DNA from: Bdellovibrionales bacterium
Lineage (GTDB): Bacteria > Bdellovibrionota > Bdellovibrionia > Bdellovibrionales > UBA1609
Length of the DNA: 43,908 nucleotides
Assembly: GCA_050246815.1 (NCBI GenBank)
Contig: JBFWVI010000013.1
Location: 19,545-63,452, forward strand
Direction: 5' to 3'
Made by a program: the position numbers and the translations under genes. The notes beneath the pieces are model-generated. The model was not told where the DNA came from and did no database searches. It was given only the letters and a program-made list of their open reading frames with translations. Positions 35,508 to 43,908 of this stretch are shown one piece after another; position 1 is the stretch's first letter, and every line of letters starts with the position of its first letter.

Positions 35508-36743
35508 GTGAAGATGGGACCTTTAGGTATCATTTTGGCTTTTTTGGCTTTGGGTTGCGCCACCAGCCACAAGCCAGTCGTGTGGACGGCACAGAACGCG
35601 CTGCGACCAGCTGAAGCCCCAGACTTTGCAGATGACCAAGATTTCGCGGGTCTGGAGCAAAGCCTCAATGACCATATCGAGTATTACCGAAAAAGCCGCA
35701 AGGCCAAAAGTGTAGAAAGTTTGCAATTCGGTCCGACCACTGTGCCCGCAGAACAATATGTGCAAGCGCTGGAAAGTTTACGTGAACAATTGAAAGCGGC
35801 ATCACCTGAAAAAGTGAAAAAATTTTTGCGCGAGCGATTTACTTGTCATCAAGTGGCGGGCGACGGAAAATGGGGCGAAGCGTTCATCACGTCTTATTTT
35901 GATCCCGTTTTTCCCGCCTCGCTGAAGCCTACCGCGCGGCTTTCGCGACCCGTTTATCTTGTGCCCAAAGATATGGCCCTCATTCGTTTAGATGAGTTTC
36001 GTCAGGTGTTTCCGCATTGGTCGATTTTTAATGTGACCGAGCAAAAATCTGCGACCCCATTGGCGCGTGGCCGAATTTATAAACGCAGTGGCGTGAATTT
36101 TGTCGTGCCCTATTACAGTCGCTTCGAGTTGGATTCTTTGGGGCTGTTGCGAGGTCAAGGGTATGAAATCGCCTATGCGGACCCCATTGATATTTTTGTG
36201 ATGCAGATTCAAGGGTCAGGGACTTTGCAATTGGCGAATGGAAAAAAAATTCGCGTCGGATACTCGGCACAAAATGGTCATCCTTACGTGCCAATCGGCA
36301 AATTCTTGAAAGATCGCATCAAACCTGAAGAAATGAGTTTGCAAGCGATCGAAAAAGTTTTGCGCCAAATGCCGCCAGAAGAGTCGCAAGCGATTATGGA
36401 TCTAAATCCGAGCTATGTGTTTTTTGAAGTTTTGAAAAGCGAGCCCAGGACGACGTTGGGAACTGTGGTGCGACCAGGGCGTACCATTGCGACGGATAGA
36501 CAGTATTTTCCAAAGGGCACATTGGCCTATGTGCAATTTGAGAAGCCAATTTTTCCGTCTGCTCAAGCCGAACAACCCCAATCTTGGTTGCCTGTTGGTC
36601 GTCTGGTCATTGATCAAGACACTGGTGGCGCCATACGGGGCACGGGTCGTCTGGATCTTTATTGGGGACGTGGTGATGAAGCCAAGCAGGCCGCTGGCGT
36701 GATGAAACAATGGGGCAAGCTTTGTTATTTGGTGCCACGATGA
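35508..36743 (+). CDS. mltA: Membrane-bound lytic murein transglycosylase A (lipoprotein)
   Basis: Lipobox ALGC. TSYFDP, MQIQGSG, NGHPYVPIG, NPSYVFF, IATD, and 3D domain DQDTGGAIRG.GRLDLYWG. Confidence 0.93.
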   Translation: MKMGPLGIILAFLALGCATSHKPVVWTAQNALRPAEAPDFADDQDFAGLEQSLNDHIEYYRKSRKAKSVESLQFGPTTVPAEQYVQALESLREQLKAASPEKVKKFLRERFTCHQVAGDGKWGEAFITSYFDPVFPASLKPTARLSRPVYLVPKDMALIRLDEFRQVFPHWSIFNVTEQKSATPLARGRIYKRSGVNFVVPYYSRFELDSLGLLRGQGYEIAYADPIDIFVMQIQGSGTLQLANGKKIRVGYSAQNGHPYVPIGKFLKDRIKPEEMSLQAIEKVLRQMPPEESQAIMDLNPSYVFFEVLKSEPRTTLGTVVRPGRTIATDRQYFPKGTLAYVQFEKPIFPSAQAEQPQSWLPVGRLVIDQDTGGAIRGTGRLDLYWGRGDEAKQAAGVMKQWGKLCYLVPR

Positions 36744-37522
36744 AAGCATTGCTGTCGTGGGCTCTTCTTTTGATTCTGGCCAGTTTTGGCTTTGCAACGC
36801 AAAAGACGTGGGCCGGGCTTGAGTACGGTGCTGAGGCTTTGTTTCGAAGTTATCCATTGAGTGCTTCTTTGACCGGAAGGTTGGGTTACGGGCTTGTTCT
36901 TTGGGGTGACTCCGGACGTGGTGATTCGCCTTGGTACGGCTACGTGAAGCCTGAGTTAAAACTGACTTCGGTTGGAACCTATAATGCGGGGGCCCTGCAG
37001 TTTAAAATTTTTCCGATTTCATTTTTAGGTTTTGTGGCGGGTGGCGAGATGGTGTCCAACTCCAGCGCCTACCAAGCGTATGACTGTGACACCTATCGTT
37101 GTGTGGGCAAGAGTTGGCAAACCTATGTTGAGGCAAATCTGGCTTTGGCATTGGGGCCGGCTTTTTTATTGGGTAAAGCCGGTCACGAGGATTGGCACCA
37201 GGCGGCGGATCAGGACCGTGATTTTATCAATCCAACTTACGGTTTGGTGACCAAAAAAGAGGGTGATCGAATCCGCTACGCCAGTGGGGTTGTTGGTTAT
37301 AAGTACGATGAAAAATGGACCATGATTTACACATACTTATGGGCACAAATGCAGGAAATTAAAGGGCAAAGTCAAATGCATCTGGGACTGGCTCAATGGA
37401 GCCAAGGGGCTTGGAAAGTTGCTATAGGCGCAGGCACTTTCGAATCTGAAATTAAGGATGAGCAGTTCACCGCTCTTTTTAGAGTTCAATGGCACGGAAC
37501 TCCTACGTTGGAGCTCTTTTGA
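36740..37522 (+). CDS. Putative outer-membrane beta-barrel protein
   Basis: ATGA overlap with mltA, signal peptide, alternating aromatic/Gly beta-strands, terminal Phe. Confidence 0.65.
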   Translation: MKALLSWALLLILASFGFATQKTWAGLEYGAEALFRSYPLSASLTGRLGYGLVLWGDSGRGDSPWYGYVKPELKLTSVGTYNAGALQFKIFPISFLGFVAGGEMVSNSSAYQAYDCDTYRCVGKSWQTYVEANLALALGPAFLLGKAGHEDWHQAADQDRDFINPTYGLVTKKEGDRIRYASGVVGYKYDEKWTMIYTYLWAQMQEIKGQSQMHLGLAQWSQGAWKVAIGAGTFESEIKDEQFTALFRVQWHGTPTLELF

Positions 37523-37635
37523 GCTCGATTCGATATGAGCATGGGATGACCTGGGATTTTTTAAAATTAGCCTGAATTCTGCGTTGAATCATATGGCTGC
37601 TCGGAATAAGGTGACCGGCATTCGGAGAGAAAAAA

Positions 37636-38634
37636 GTGGCTGAAAAAACTATTCTGACTGGGGTTAAGCCCACCGGTCAGCCTCATATCGGCAACTATTT
37701 AGGAGCGATCAAGCCCGCTTTGGACTTGGCTAGCCAGCCCGGCAATCGAACTTTTCTATTTATTGCCGACTATCATTCGCTGACCTCCGTGCATGATCCA
37801 AAGGTTTTGCGTGAAATGACTTATGAAGTGGCCGCCACTTGGCTCGCCTGTGGTCTTGATCCGAAAATAACCAGTTTCTACAAACAATCAGCTATTCCGG
37901 AAATTTTTGAGCTGAATTGGATTTTGTCATGCTTCACGCCCAAAGGTTTGATGAACCGGGCTCACGCGTACAAGGCCAAGGTGCAAGAGAATCAAGAGCA
38001 GGGCAAAGAAGACTTGGATTTTGGCGTCAATATGGGCTTGTACAATTACCCCATTTTAATGTCGGCCGACATTTTGATGTTTAACGCCCATGAAGTGCCT
38101 GTGGGTGAGGATCAAGTTCAGCACCTAGAGATTGCGCGTGATATCGCACAAAAATTCAATCGCACTTATGGCGATTTGATGAGGTTGCCGAAGTTTGTCG
38201 TTCAGAAGATGAAGTTAGTGCCCGGACTTGACGGACGTAAGATGAGCAAAAGCTACGACAACCACATTCCGTTGTTTCTAGAGAGCGGTAAGCTGCGTAA
38301 ACTGATTATGAAGATCAAAACCGATTCACTGCCGCCAGAGGCGCCCAAGGATCCGGAAACGTCACTAATTTTTAATTTGTACAAAGAGTTCGCGACGCCC
38401 GAACAAACGCAAGGCCTAAAGGCCCAATATTTAAAAGGCATTGGTTGGGGTTCGGCTAAAGAACAATTGTTTCAAGTTTTAGATGCCCAATTAAGTGGAC
38501 CGCGCGCGGAGTATGAACGCTGGATGAATTCCCGCGCCGATATAGACAGTCTTTTGACTCAAGGTGCTGCGCTGGCGCGACCAAAAGCGCAAGAACTCTT
38601 GGCAACATGGCGCAAAGCTATGGGCATTGATTAA
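37636..38634 (+). CDS. trpS: Tryptophan--tRNA ligase
   Basis: TGVKPTG.PHIGNY, IADYH, YPILMSADIL, VPVGEDQ.QHLE, KMSKS. Confidence 0.97.
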   Translation: MAEKTILTGVKPTGQPHIGNYLGAIKPALDLASQPGNRTFLFIADYHSLTSVHDPKVLREMTYEVAATWLACGLDPKITSFYKQSAIPEIFELNWILSCFTPKGLMNRAHAYKAKVQENQEQGKEDLDFGVNMGLYNYPILMSADILMFNAHEVPVGEDQVQHLEIARDIAQKFNRTYGDLMRLPKFVVQKMKLVPGLDGRKMSKSYDNHIPLFLESGKLRKLIMKIKTDSLPPEAPKDPETSLIFNLYKEFATPEQTQGLKAQYLKGIGWGSAKEQLFQVLDAQLSGPRAEYERWMNSRADIDSLLTQGAALARPKAQELLATWRKAMGID

Positions 38635-38861
38635 CTGAAGTTACGTAAAGCTTTAATCAAAATCACTGCGATTGCGCCTAAACTAAAAAACAGTCCATTT
38701 GTTATCAGGCTGAAGGCGAATTTGGCAGTGGTCATTTGCCAGTTAAAGACGTCTTTTTCTGTGTTGCCTTTAGAAAGTCGTACTCCGCAATAAAGCATAA
38801 AAAATCCAAGCAGTGCAAAGACAGCTAAAATTTCATAACTCACATCCAGCGGGGAACTCAC
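38631..38861 (-). CDS. Small two-TM membrane protein
   Basis: 76-aa ORF with two hydrophobic helices that fills the gap downstream of lpdA. Confidence 0.55.
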   Translation of the reverse strand: MSSPLDVSYEILAVFALLGFFMLYCGVRLSKGNTEKDVFNWQMTTAKFAFSLITNGLFFSLGAIAVILIKALRNFS

Positions 38862-38924
38862 AAGGGCCTTTCATTGAGTTGGCTGTTAAATGTTATCACG
38901 CTAGGCTTGCGCAAAAAGAAGCGG

Positions 38925-40328
38925 CTACATTTGTCGGGCGCGTTTGTCGACGGCTAGAGCTGCTTCGCGCATGACTTCCGACAGAGTCGGGTGCGCGTGG
39001 AAGCTTCGGGCCAAATCTTCAGCGCTGCCACCAAATTCCATGGCAATGACGGCTTCAGCGATCATGTCGGATGCGCGTGGGCCTAGAACATGGATGCCCA
39101 ACAGACGATCGGTCTGTGCATCGGCCAATATTTTCACTTGGCCGTCAGTGAAGCCCATCGCTTTGGCGCGGCCGTTGGGAGTAAAGGGAAAGGTGCCGGT
39201 GTTGTATTTGATGCCCTTGGCTTTTAATTGCTCTTCGGTCGCCCCGACAGAGGCCACTTCGGGCCAGGTGTAGATGATGCCGGGAACGGTTTCGTAGTTC
39301 ACGTGGCCAGGTTTACCGGCAATGAGTTCGGCCACGGCCACCCCTTCTTCTTCGGCTTTATGGGCCAACATGGGGCCGCGAATCAAATCGCCGATGGCGT
39401 AAATGTTTTGATGTTTGGTTTGAAAATGGTCGTTCACCTCAACCATACCGCGTTTATCGGGTGCAATGCCGACATTTTCAAGGCCCAAGCCTTCCGAATA
39501 GGGGCGTCGTCCAGTTGCAACCAATACCACATCGCCTGTGACACTTTGCTTTTGTTGATCTTTGACGCCTTCAAAAGTCACGGTCACTTGGCCGCCACTG
39601 ATGTCAGCACCAATGACCTTGCTATCCAAAAAGAACTTCATCCCCTGTTTTTTGAGAATTTGAAGCAAGCGCTTTGAAATGCCGACATCCATCCCACCAC
39701 AGATATTTGAAGCATATTCGATCACTGTGACTTCAGCGCCTAGGCGCAGCCAGACTGAGCCCAGCTCAAGGCCAATCACGCCGCCGCCGATGACAACCAA
39801 GTGTTTGGGCACTTTGGGTAAAGCAATCGCTTCATTGCTGTTCACGATGGTTTTTCCGTCGTGCTTAAGGCCTGGGAGTTCGTTGGGAACACTGCCCGTG
39901 GCCAAAACAATATTGGTGGCTTCGATGATTTGTTTGCCTTGTGGACCACTGACTTCAATTTGGTTTGGCGAAAGCAGTTTGCCTTTGCCAGACAGGCGCG
40001 TGATGTTGTTTTTCTTGAAAAGAAACTCGATGCCGCCGGTCAGATCGCTGACGATTTTGTCTTTGCGGGCCATCAGAGTCGGAAGATCCAGTTCCACGCC
40101 TGATATCTTTACTCCGTGGCTGGCAAATTCATGTTGGGCCATCGAGTAATTTTCGCTCGAGTCCAAAAGTGCCTTCGAAGGAATGCAGCCCACATTCAAG
40201 CAGGTGCCTCCCAAAGTTTTATCTTTTTCGATGACAGCGGTTTTTAAACCCAGTTGTGCGGCACGGATTGCGCCCGTGTAGCCCCCGGGGCCGGCTCCAA
40301 TAAAAACCAAATCAAACTTTTCAGCCAT
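38925..40328 (-). CDS. lpdA: Dihydrolipoyl dehydrogenase (E3)
   Basis: GAGPGG, GGTCLNVGCIPSK, GGGVIGLE, LAHKAEEEG, HAHPTLSE. Confidence 0.97.
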   Translation of the reverse strand: MAEKFDLVFIGAGPGGYTGAIRAAQLGLKTAVIEKDKTLGGTCLNVGCIPSKALLDSSENYSMAQHEFASHGVKISGVELDLPTLMARKDKIVSDLTGGIEFLFKKNNITRLSGKGKLLSPNQIEVSGPQGKQIIEATNIVLATGSVPNELPGLKHDGKTIVNSNEAIALPKVPKHLVVIGGGVIGLELGSVWLRLGAEVTVIEYASNICGGMDVGISKRLLQILKKQGMKFFLDSKVIGADISGGQVTVTFEGVKDQQKQSVTGDVVLVATGRRPYSEGLGLENVGIAPDKRGMVEVNDHFQTKHQNIYAIGDLIRGPMLAHKAEEEGVAVAELIAGKPGHVNYETVPGIIYTWPEVASVGATEEQLKAKGIKYNTGTFPFTPNGRAKAMGFTDGQVKILADAQTDRLLGIHVLGPRASDMIAEAVIAMEFGGSAEDLARSFHAHPTLSEVMREAALAVDKRARQM

Positions 40329-40339
40329 TTTAGAATCCT

Positions 40340-41599
40340 TTAAATCTCAAGCAAAATGCGACTGGGGTCTTCAAGACAATCTTTGATACGCACCAAAAAG
40401 CTGACGGATTCGCCGCCGTCCACCATACGATGGTCGTACGAGAGAGCCAAGTACATCATTGGGCGAATCACCACTTGGCCTTTAACCGCGATGGGGCGAT
40501 CTTCGATTTTGTGCATGCCCAAGATGCCGCTTTGGGGGGCATTCAAAATCGGGGTCGACATCAGCGAGCCATAAACTCCGCCGTTGCTGATGGTGAAGGT
40601 GCCGCCACTTAAGTCATCCACTGAAATTTTACCGTCGCGGGCTTTAAGCGCGTAAGATTTGATCGCCAGTTCGATTTCGGCGAGGGACATACGATCAGCG
40701 TGGCGAAGCACGGGAACCAAAAGCCCGCGCTCAGTGCCGACGGCGATGCCGATGTGATAATAGTGGTGATAAAGAATGTCGCCACCTTCAATCGAGGCGT
40801 TCACTTTGGGGAAGGCCTTCAGCGCCTCAATTACGGCTTTGACGAAAAAGCCCATGTAGCCCAAGTTCACGTCGTATTTCTCTTTGAATTTCTCTTTGTA
40901 CTTGTTGCGAAGCTCGCTCAAGGCCGACATATCCACTTCATTAAAAGTGGTCAAGATGGCGGCGGTGTGCTGGGCTTGCACCAATCGTTCGGCGATGCGC
41001 TTTCGGATTGTGGTCATGGGCACGCGTTCGATGTCCTCCTTGCCTTCGCGGCTGACGGCTGGAGCAAGCGGGCGAGAGGTTGGAACAACCATGGTGCTGG
41101 ATGGGCCGCCACTTGAGAGTGATTCCATCACATCACTTTTGGTCAGGCGGCCGCCGCGGCCTGTTCCTGTTACGGTCGAGGGATCTACATTAAATTCGGC
41201 GACGGCTCGACGAACCGCCGGGCTCATGTCCATAGTGGCCGCCGGTTTGTGCGAGCCGTTCGTTGTAGCGGGCTTGACGGCCGCAGGTGGCGCGCTGGGC
41301 TTAACCGGCGCCGCTGTTGGGGCGGGGGCTGTCGCTTGCGCCGGCCCAGTCGTTGCTCCAGCGGCGGCGGTGTCGATGGTTCCAACCACGGCACCCACTT
41401 TCACCACATCGCCTTCTTTAGCTGTGGTGGTCAACATGCCATCATGCTCGGCCACCACTTCAACGCTGGCTTTGTCTGTTTCAAGCAGAAGGAGCACGTC
41501 ATCGCGTTTGACCGCAGAGCCGCTCTTTTTGCTCCATTCAGCGATAGTGGCTTCGGTGACCGACTCTCCAACGGAAGGGACTTTGATATCGACTTTCAC
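40340..41599 (-). CDS. sucB: 2-oxoglutarate dehydrogenase E2 (dihydrolipoyllysine succinyltransferase)
   Basis: Lipoyl ETDKA, E3-binding [10 protein letters not shown], catalytic SYDHRMVDG. Confidence 0.97.
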   Translation of the reverse strand: MKVDIKVPSVGESVTEATIAEWSKKSGSAVKRDDVLLLLETDKASVEVVAEHDGMLTTTAKEGDVVKVGAVVGTIDTAAAGATTGPAQATAPAPTAAPVKPSAPPAAVKPATTNGSHKPAATMDMSPAVRRAVAEFNVDPSTVTGTGRGGRLTKSDVMESLSSGGPSSTMVVPTSRPLAPAVSREGKEDIERVPMTTIRKRIAERLVQAQHTAAILTTFNEVDMSALSELRNKYKEKFKEKYDVNLGYMGFFVKAVIEALKAFPKVNASIEGGDILYHHYYHIGIAVGTERGLLVPVLRHADRMSLAEIELAIKSYALKARDGKISVDDLSGGTFTISNGGVYGSLMSTPILNAPQSGILGMHKIEDRPIAVKGQVVIRPMMYLALSYDHRMVDGGESVSFLVRIKDCLEDPSRILLEI

Positions 41600-41611
41600 A
41601 GATGCTCCTTG

Positions 41612-43908
41612 TTACTTAAAGCAGCTTTCAATTAAAGCGGCTTGCTCTTTGTCATGAGTTTTGGCCGAGCCCACTGCGGGTGAGGCCTTATCGGGGCGTC
41701 CGATATAACTCAATTCAATTTTCTTTCGGCCTAATTCTTCAAATAGTTCCGTTAAGCGCGATTGAATAAAGGTCCATGAACCCATGTTGCGCGGCTCTTC
41801 TTGGGCCCAAACCACCTTGGTCAGTTTGGGAAAGCCATTCAAGAAGGGAGTTAGCTGCGCGCGAGGGAAGGGGTAAAGCTGTTCAATGCGCACGACGGCC
41901 ACGTCTTGACGGTTTGAGAGTTTTTCTTCGCGGTACTTTTCAAGTTCGTAGTAGAGCTTGCCCGAACACAACACAAGGGTTTCGACAGTTTTTGGGTCCT
42001 TTAGATGGGGGTCACCCAAAACCTCTTGAAAGTGCCCTTCGCTTAGTTCACGCAGGTCTGAAATCACTTTTGGATGGCGGAGTAAGGATTTTGGTGACAT
42101 CACCACTAAGGGTTTGCGGAAGTCGCGGCGCACTTGACGGCGCAGGGCATGGAACAAATTAGCCGGTGTGGTGATGTTGACGACCTGCATATTGGCTTGG
42201 GCGCAAAGCTGTAAGAAGCGTTCAAGTCGCGCACTTGAGTGCTCAGGGCCGCCGCCTTCATAGCCGTGTGGCAGAAGCATAGTCAGACCCGAAACACGCA
42301 CCCATTTTTCTTCGCCACTTGAAATAAATTGATCGATGATGATTTGCGCACTGTTGGCAAAGTCTCCAAACTGCGCTTCCCAAACAGTCAGATAAGTTGG
42401 ATCTGAACACGAGTTACCATATTCAAAGCCAAGTACTCCCATTTCACTTAAAAGAGAGTTGTAAATTACGAATTCGCCCTTGTCGGGATTTAAGGTTGAA
42501 AGAGGGCAGTGTTCTTTGTTGGTCTTGATGTCAAAGTAAACAGCCTGGCGATGAGTGAACGTGCCCCGTTTGCAATCTTGACCAGAAACGCGCACGGGTG
42601 TGCCTTCTATGCAAAGCGTCCCGTAAGCCATAAGTTCACCTAAAGCCCAGTCAATTTTGCCTTCTTTAAGCATTTCGCCACGATTTTGCACCAGCTTCGC
42701 GATTTTAGGATGCAGATGAAAGTTGGCCGGCTCAGTCCCAAGGACGTCGGCAACTTTTTTGATGTCGGCGACTTTGGCCTTTGTGTTAGTGGACTTGTCA
42801 AAATCCTCAAGGGTGCCGCGGCGAAGCCCTTCCCAAGCACCGCCATAGGCATTGGGTTTGACTGTGGGTGGATTTTTGCGGGTCTCTTCAAGAATTTTTT
42901 GGAGGTTGTCCATTTTTTCTTTGAAGAAGCCCTCTGTTTCAGAGGCGGTCATCACGCCTTGACTGACCAATTGTTCGGCGTAAATTTTAACCAGAGTTGG
43001 GTGTTGTTTGATTTTTTCATACATCAACGGCTGAGTGAACGCAGGTTCATCGCCCTCGTTGTGGCCAAAGCGGCGATAGCAAATCAAATCGATCACCACA
43101 TCTTCGCCAAACTGCTGGCGGAAACGAAGGGCCATGTGGGCGGCACGCACACAGGCTTCCGCATCATCGCCATTGACCAAGAGTACGGGGGCCTTGATCA
43201 CTTTCGCCATATCCGATGAGTAAGTGGCCGTGCGAGAGTCATTGGGGTCCGTGGTGAATCCGACTTGGTTGTTGATGATGATGTGAACCGTGCCGCCAAC
43301 GCGGTAGCCGGGCAGTTGCGACATTTGCAGGGTCTCGGCGACAACACCTTGGCCCGCGAACGCAGCGTCACCGTGAATCAGGATCGGCAAAACCTTCTTG
43401 CGTTCGATCGTGTCGTTGCGGCGGCGCTGTTTGGCGCGCACCATGCCCAGCACCACGGGGTTCACCGCTTCCAGGTGGCTGGGGTTAAAGGCAAGGCTGA
43501 CATGGCAGGGGCCTGCGGCTGTTTTTTTATCGGTTGAATAACCCAAGTGATACTTGACGTCGCCGTCATAACCAAAATCTTTAAAGGCCGTCCCCTCAAA
43601 CTCAGAGAAAATAACCTCAATGGCTTTTTCCATAAAATTCGCAAGCACGTTCAGCCGCCCACGATGGGCCATACCGATGACCATTTCTTCGACCTTTAAG
43701 GGGGTGCCGTGTTTGACGATGCCCTCAAGCATAGGAATGAGGGCGTCGCCACCTTCAATCGAAAAACGTTTGGCGCCCACGAAACGAGTGTGCAGGAATT
43801 TTTCCAAGGACTCGGTGCGAGCCAGCTGGCGGTAGATCTCGCCCTTTTCTTCGTTGTCCAAAGTTAAGGCGGGCGTTGAGCTTTCAAATTCTTTGCGAAA
43901 CCAGTCGC
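41612..43908 (-). CDS. sucA: 2-oxoglutarate dehydrogenase E1 (5' part beyond window end)
   Basis: KRFSIEGG, GMAHRGRLN, GDVKYH, HGDAAFAGQG, WEAQFGDF, EHSSARLERFLQ. Frame stays open to the window edge. Confidence 0.97.
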   Translation of the reverse strand, partial: DWFRKEFESSTPALTLDNEEKGEIYRQLARTESLEKFLHTRFVGAKRFSIEGGDALIPMLEGIVKHGTPLKVEEMVIGMAHRGRLNVLANFMEKAIEVIFSEFEGTAFKDFGYDGDVKYHLGYSTDKKTAAGPCHVSLAFNPSHLEAVNPVVLGMVRAKQRRRNDTIERKKVLPILIHGDAAFAGQGVVAETLQMSQLPGYRVGGTVHIIINNQVGFTTDPNDSRTATYSSDMAKVIKAPVLLVNGDDAEACVRAAHMALRFRQQFGEDVVIDLICYRRFGHNEGDEPAFTQPLMYEKIKQHPTLVKIYAEQLVSQGVMTASETEGFFKEKMDNLQKILEETRKNPPTVKPNAYGGAWEGLRRGTLEDFDKSTNTKAKVADIKKVADVLGTEPANFHLHPKIAKLVQNRGEMLKEGKIDWALGELMAYGTLCIEGTPVRVSGQDCKRGTFTHRQAVYFDIKTNKEHCPLSTLNPDKGEFVIYNSLLSEMGVLGFEYGNSCSDPTYLTVWEAQFGDFANSAQIIIDQFISSGEEKWVRVSGLTMLLPHGYEGGGPEHSSARLERFLQLCAQANMQVVNITTPANLFHALRRQVRRDFRKPLVVMSPKSLLRHPKVISDLRELSEGHFQEVLGDPHLKDPKTVETLVLCSGKLYYELEKYREEKLSNRQDVAVVRIEQLYPFPRAQLTPFLNGFPKLTKVVWAQEEPRNMGSWTFIQSRLTELFEELGRKKIELSYIGRPDKASPAVGSAKTHDKEQAALIESCFK

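Noticed and set aside
37523..37635. T-box or attenuator upstream of trpS
   Set aside because: The spacer is too short and has no T-box consensus, Trp leader peptide or terminator.
40884..41657. 257-aa plus-strand ORF, and similar antisense ORFs over lpdA, sucA, hppA, copA and marC
   Set aside because: These are antisense shadows of conserved genes caused by codon bias, with no motifs or RBS.

Overview
This is bacterial chromosomal DNA. Gene families (TIGR02147 regulator, FQNC-type lipoprotein, MIDAS/vWA lipoprotein, TPR-wHTH regulator, many signal-peptide orphans) point to a predatory Bdellovibrionota genome, which is an inference. The window opens with the conserved pheT-ihfA-merR-tRNA-Pro(GGG) block. 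Just after the tRNA lies a truncated IS481-family element that the ORF track misses: 47 transposase C-terminal codons plus the right end. An accessory region (~1.6-17.9 kb) follows, made mostly of exported proteins: a heparinase II/III-like lyase, an HEXXH protease, a vWA lipoprotein, a six-fold CxxxxCxxxGW repeat protein, a LamG lectin, a glycine-zipper protein and an S9 peptidase. It also holds two regulators and a FeeM-type N-acyl amino acid synthase fused to an intact PilZ domain. The rest is mostly housekeeping and ion homeostasis: divergent hppA, copA, rnhA, a CDF transporter, plsC, a methyltransferase, marC, slyD, corA, recQ, mltA, trpS and sucA-sucB-lpdA. The best candidates for novelty are the FeeM-PilZ operon and a recurring promoter pattern (sigma54-like promoters, some with TGTC-N9-GAC(A/G) palindromes) in front of secreted orphan genes. 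I saw no CRISPR array, integrase, prophage or rRNA.
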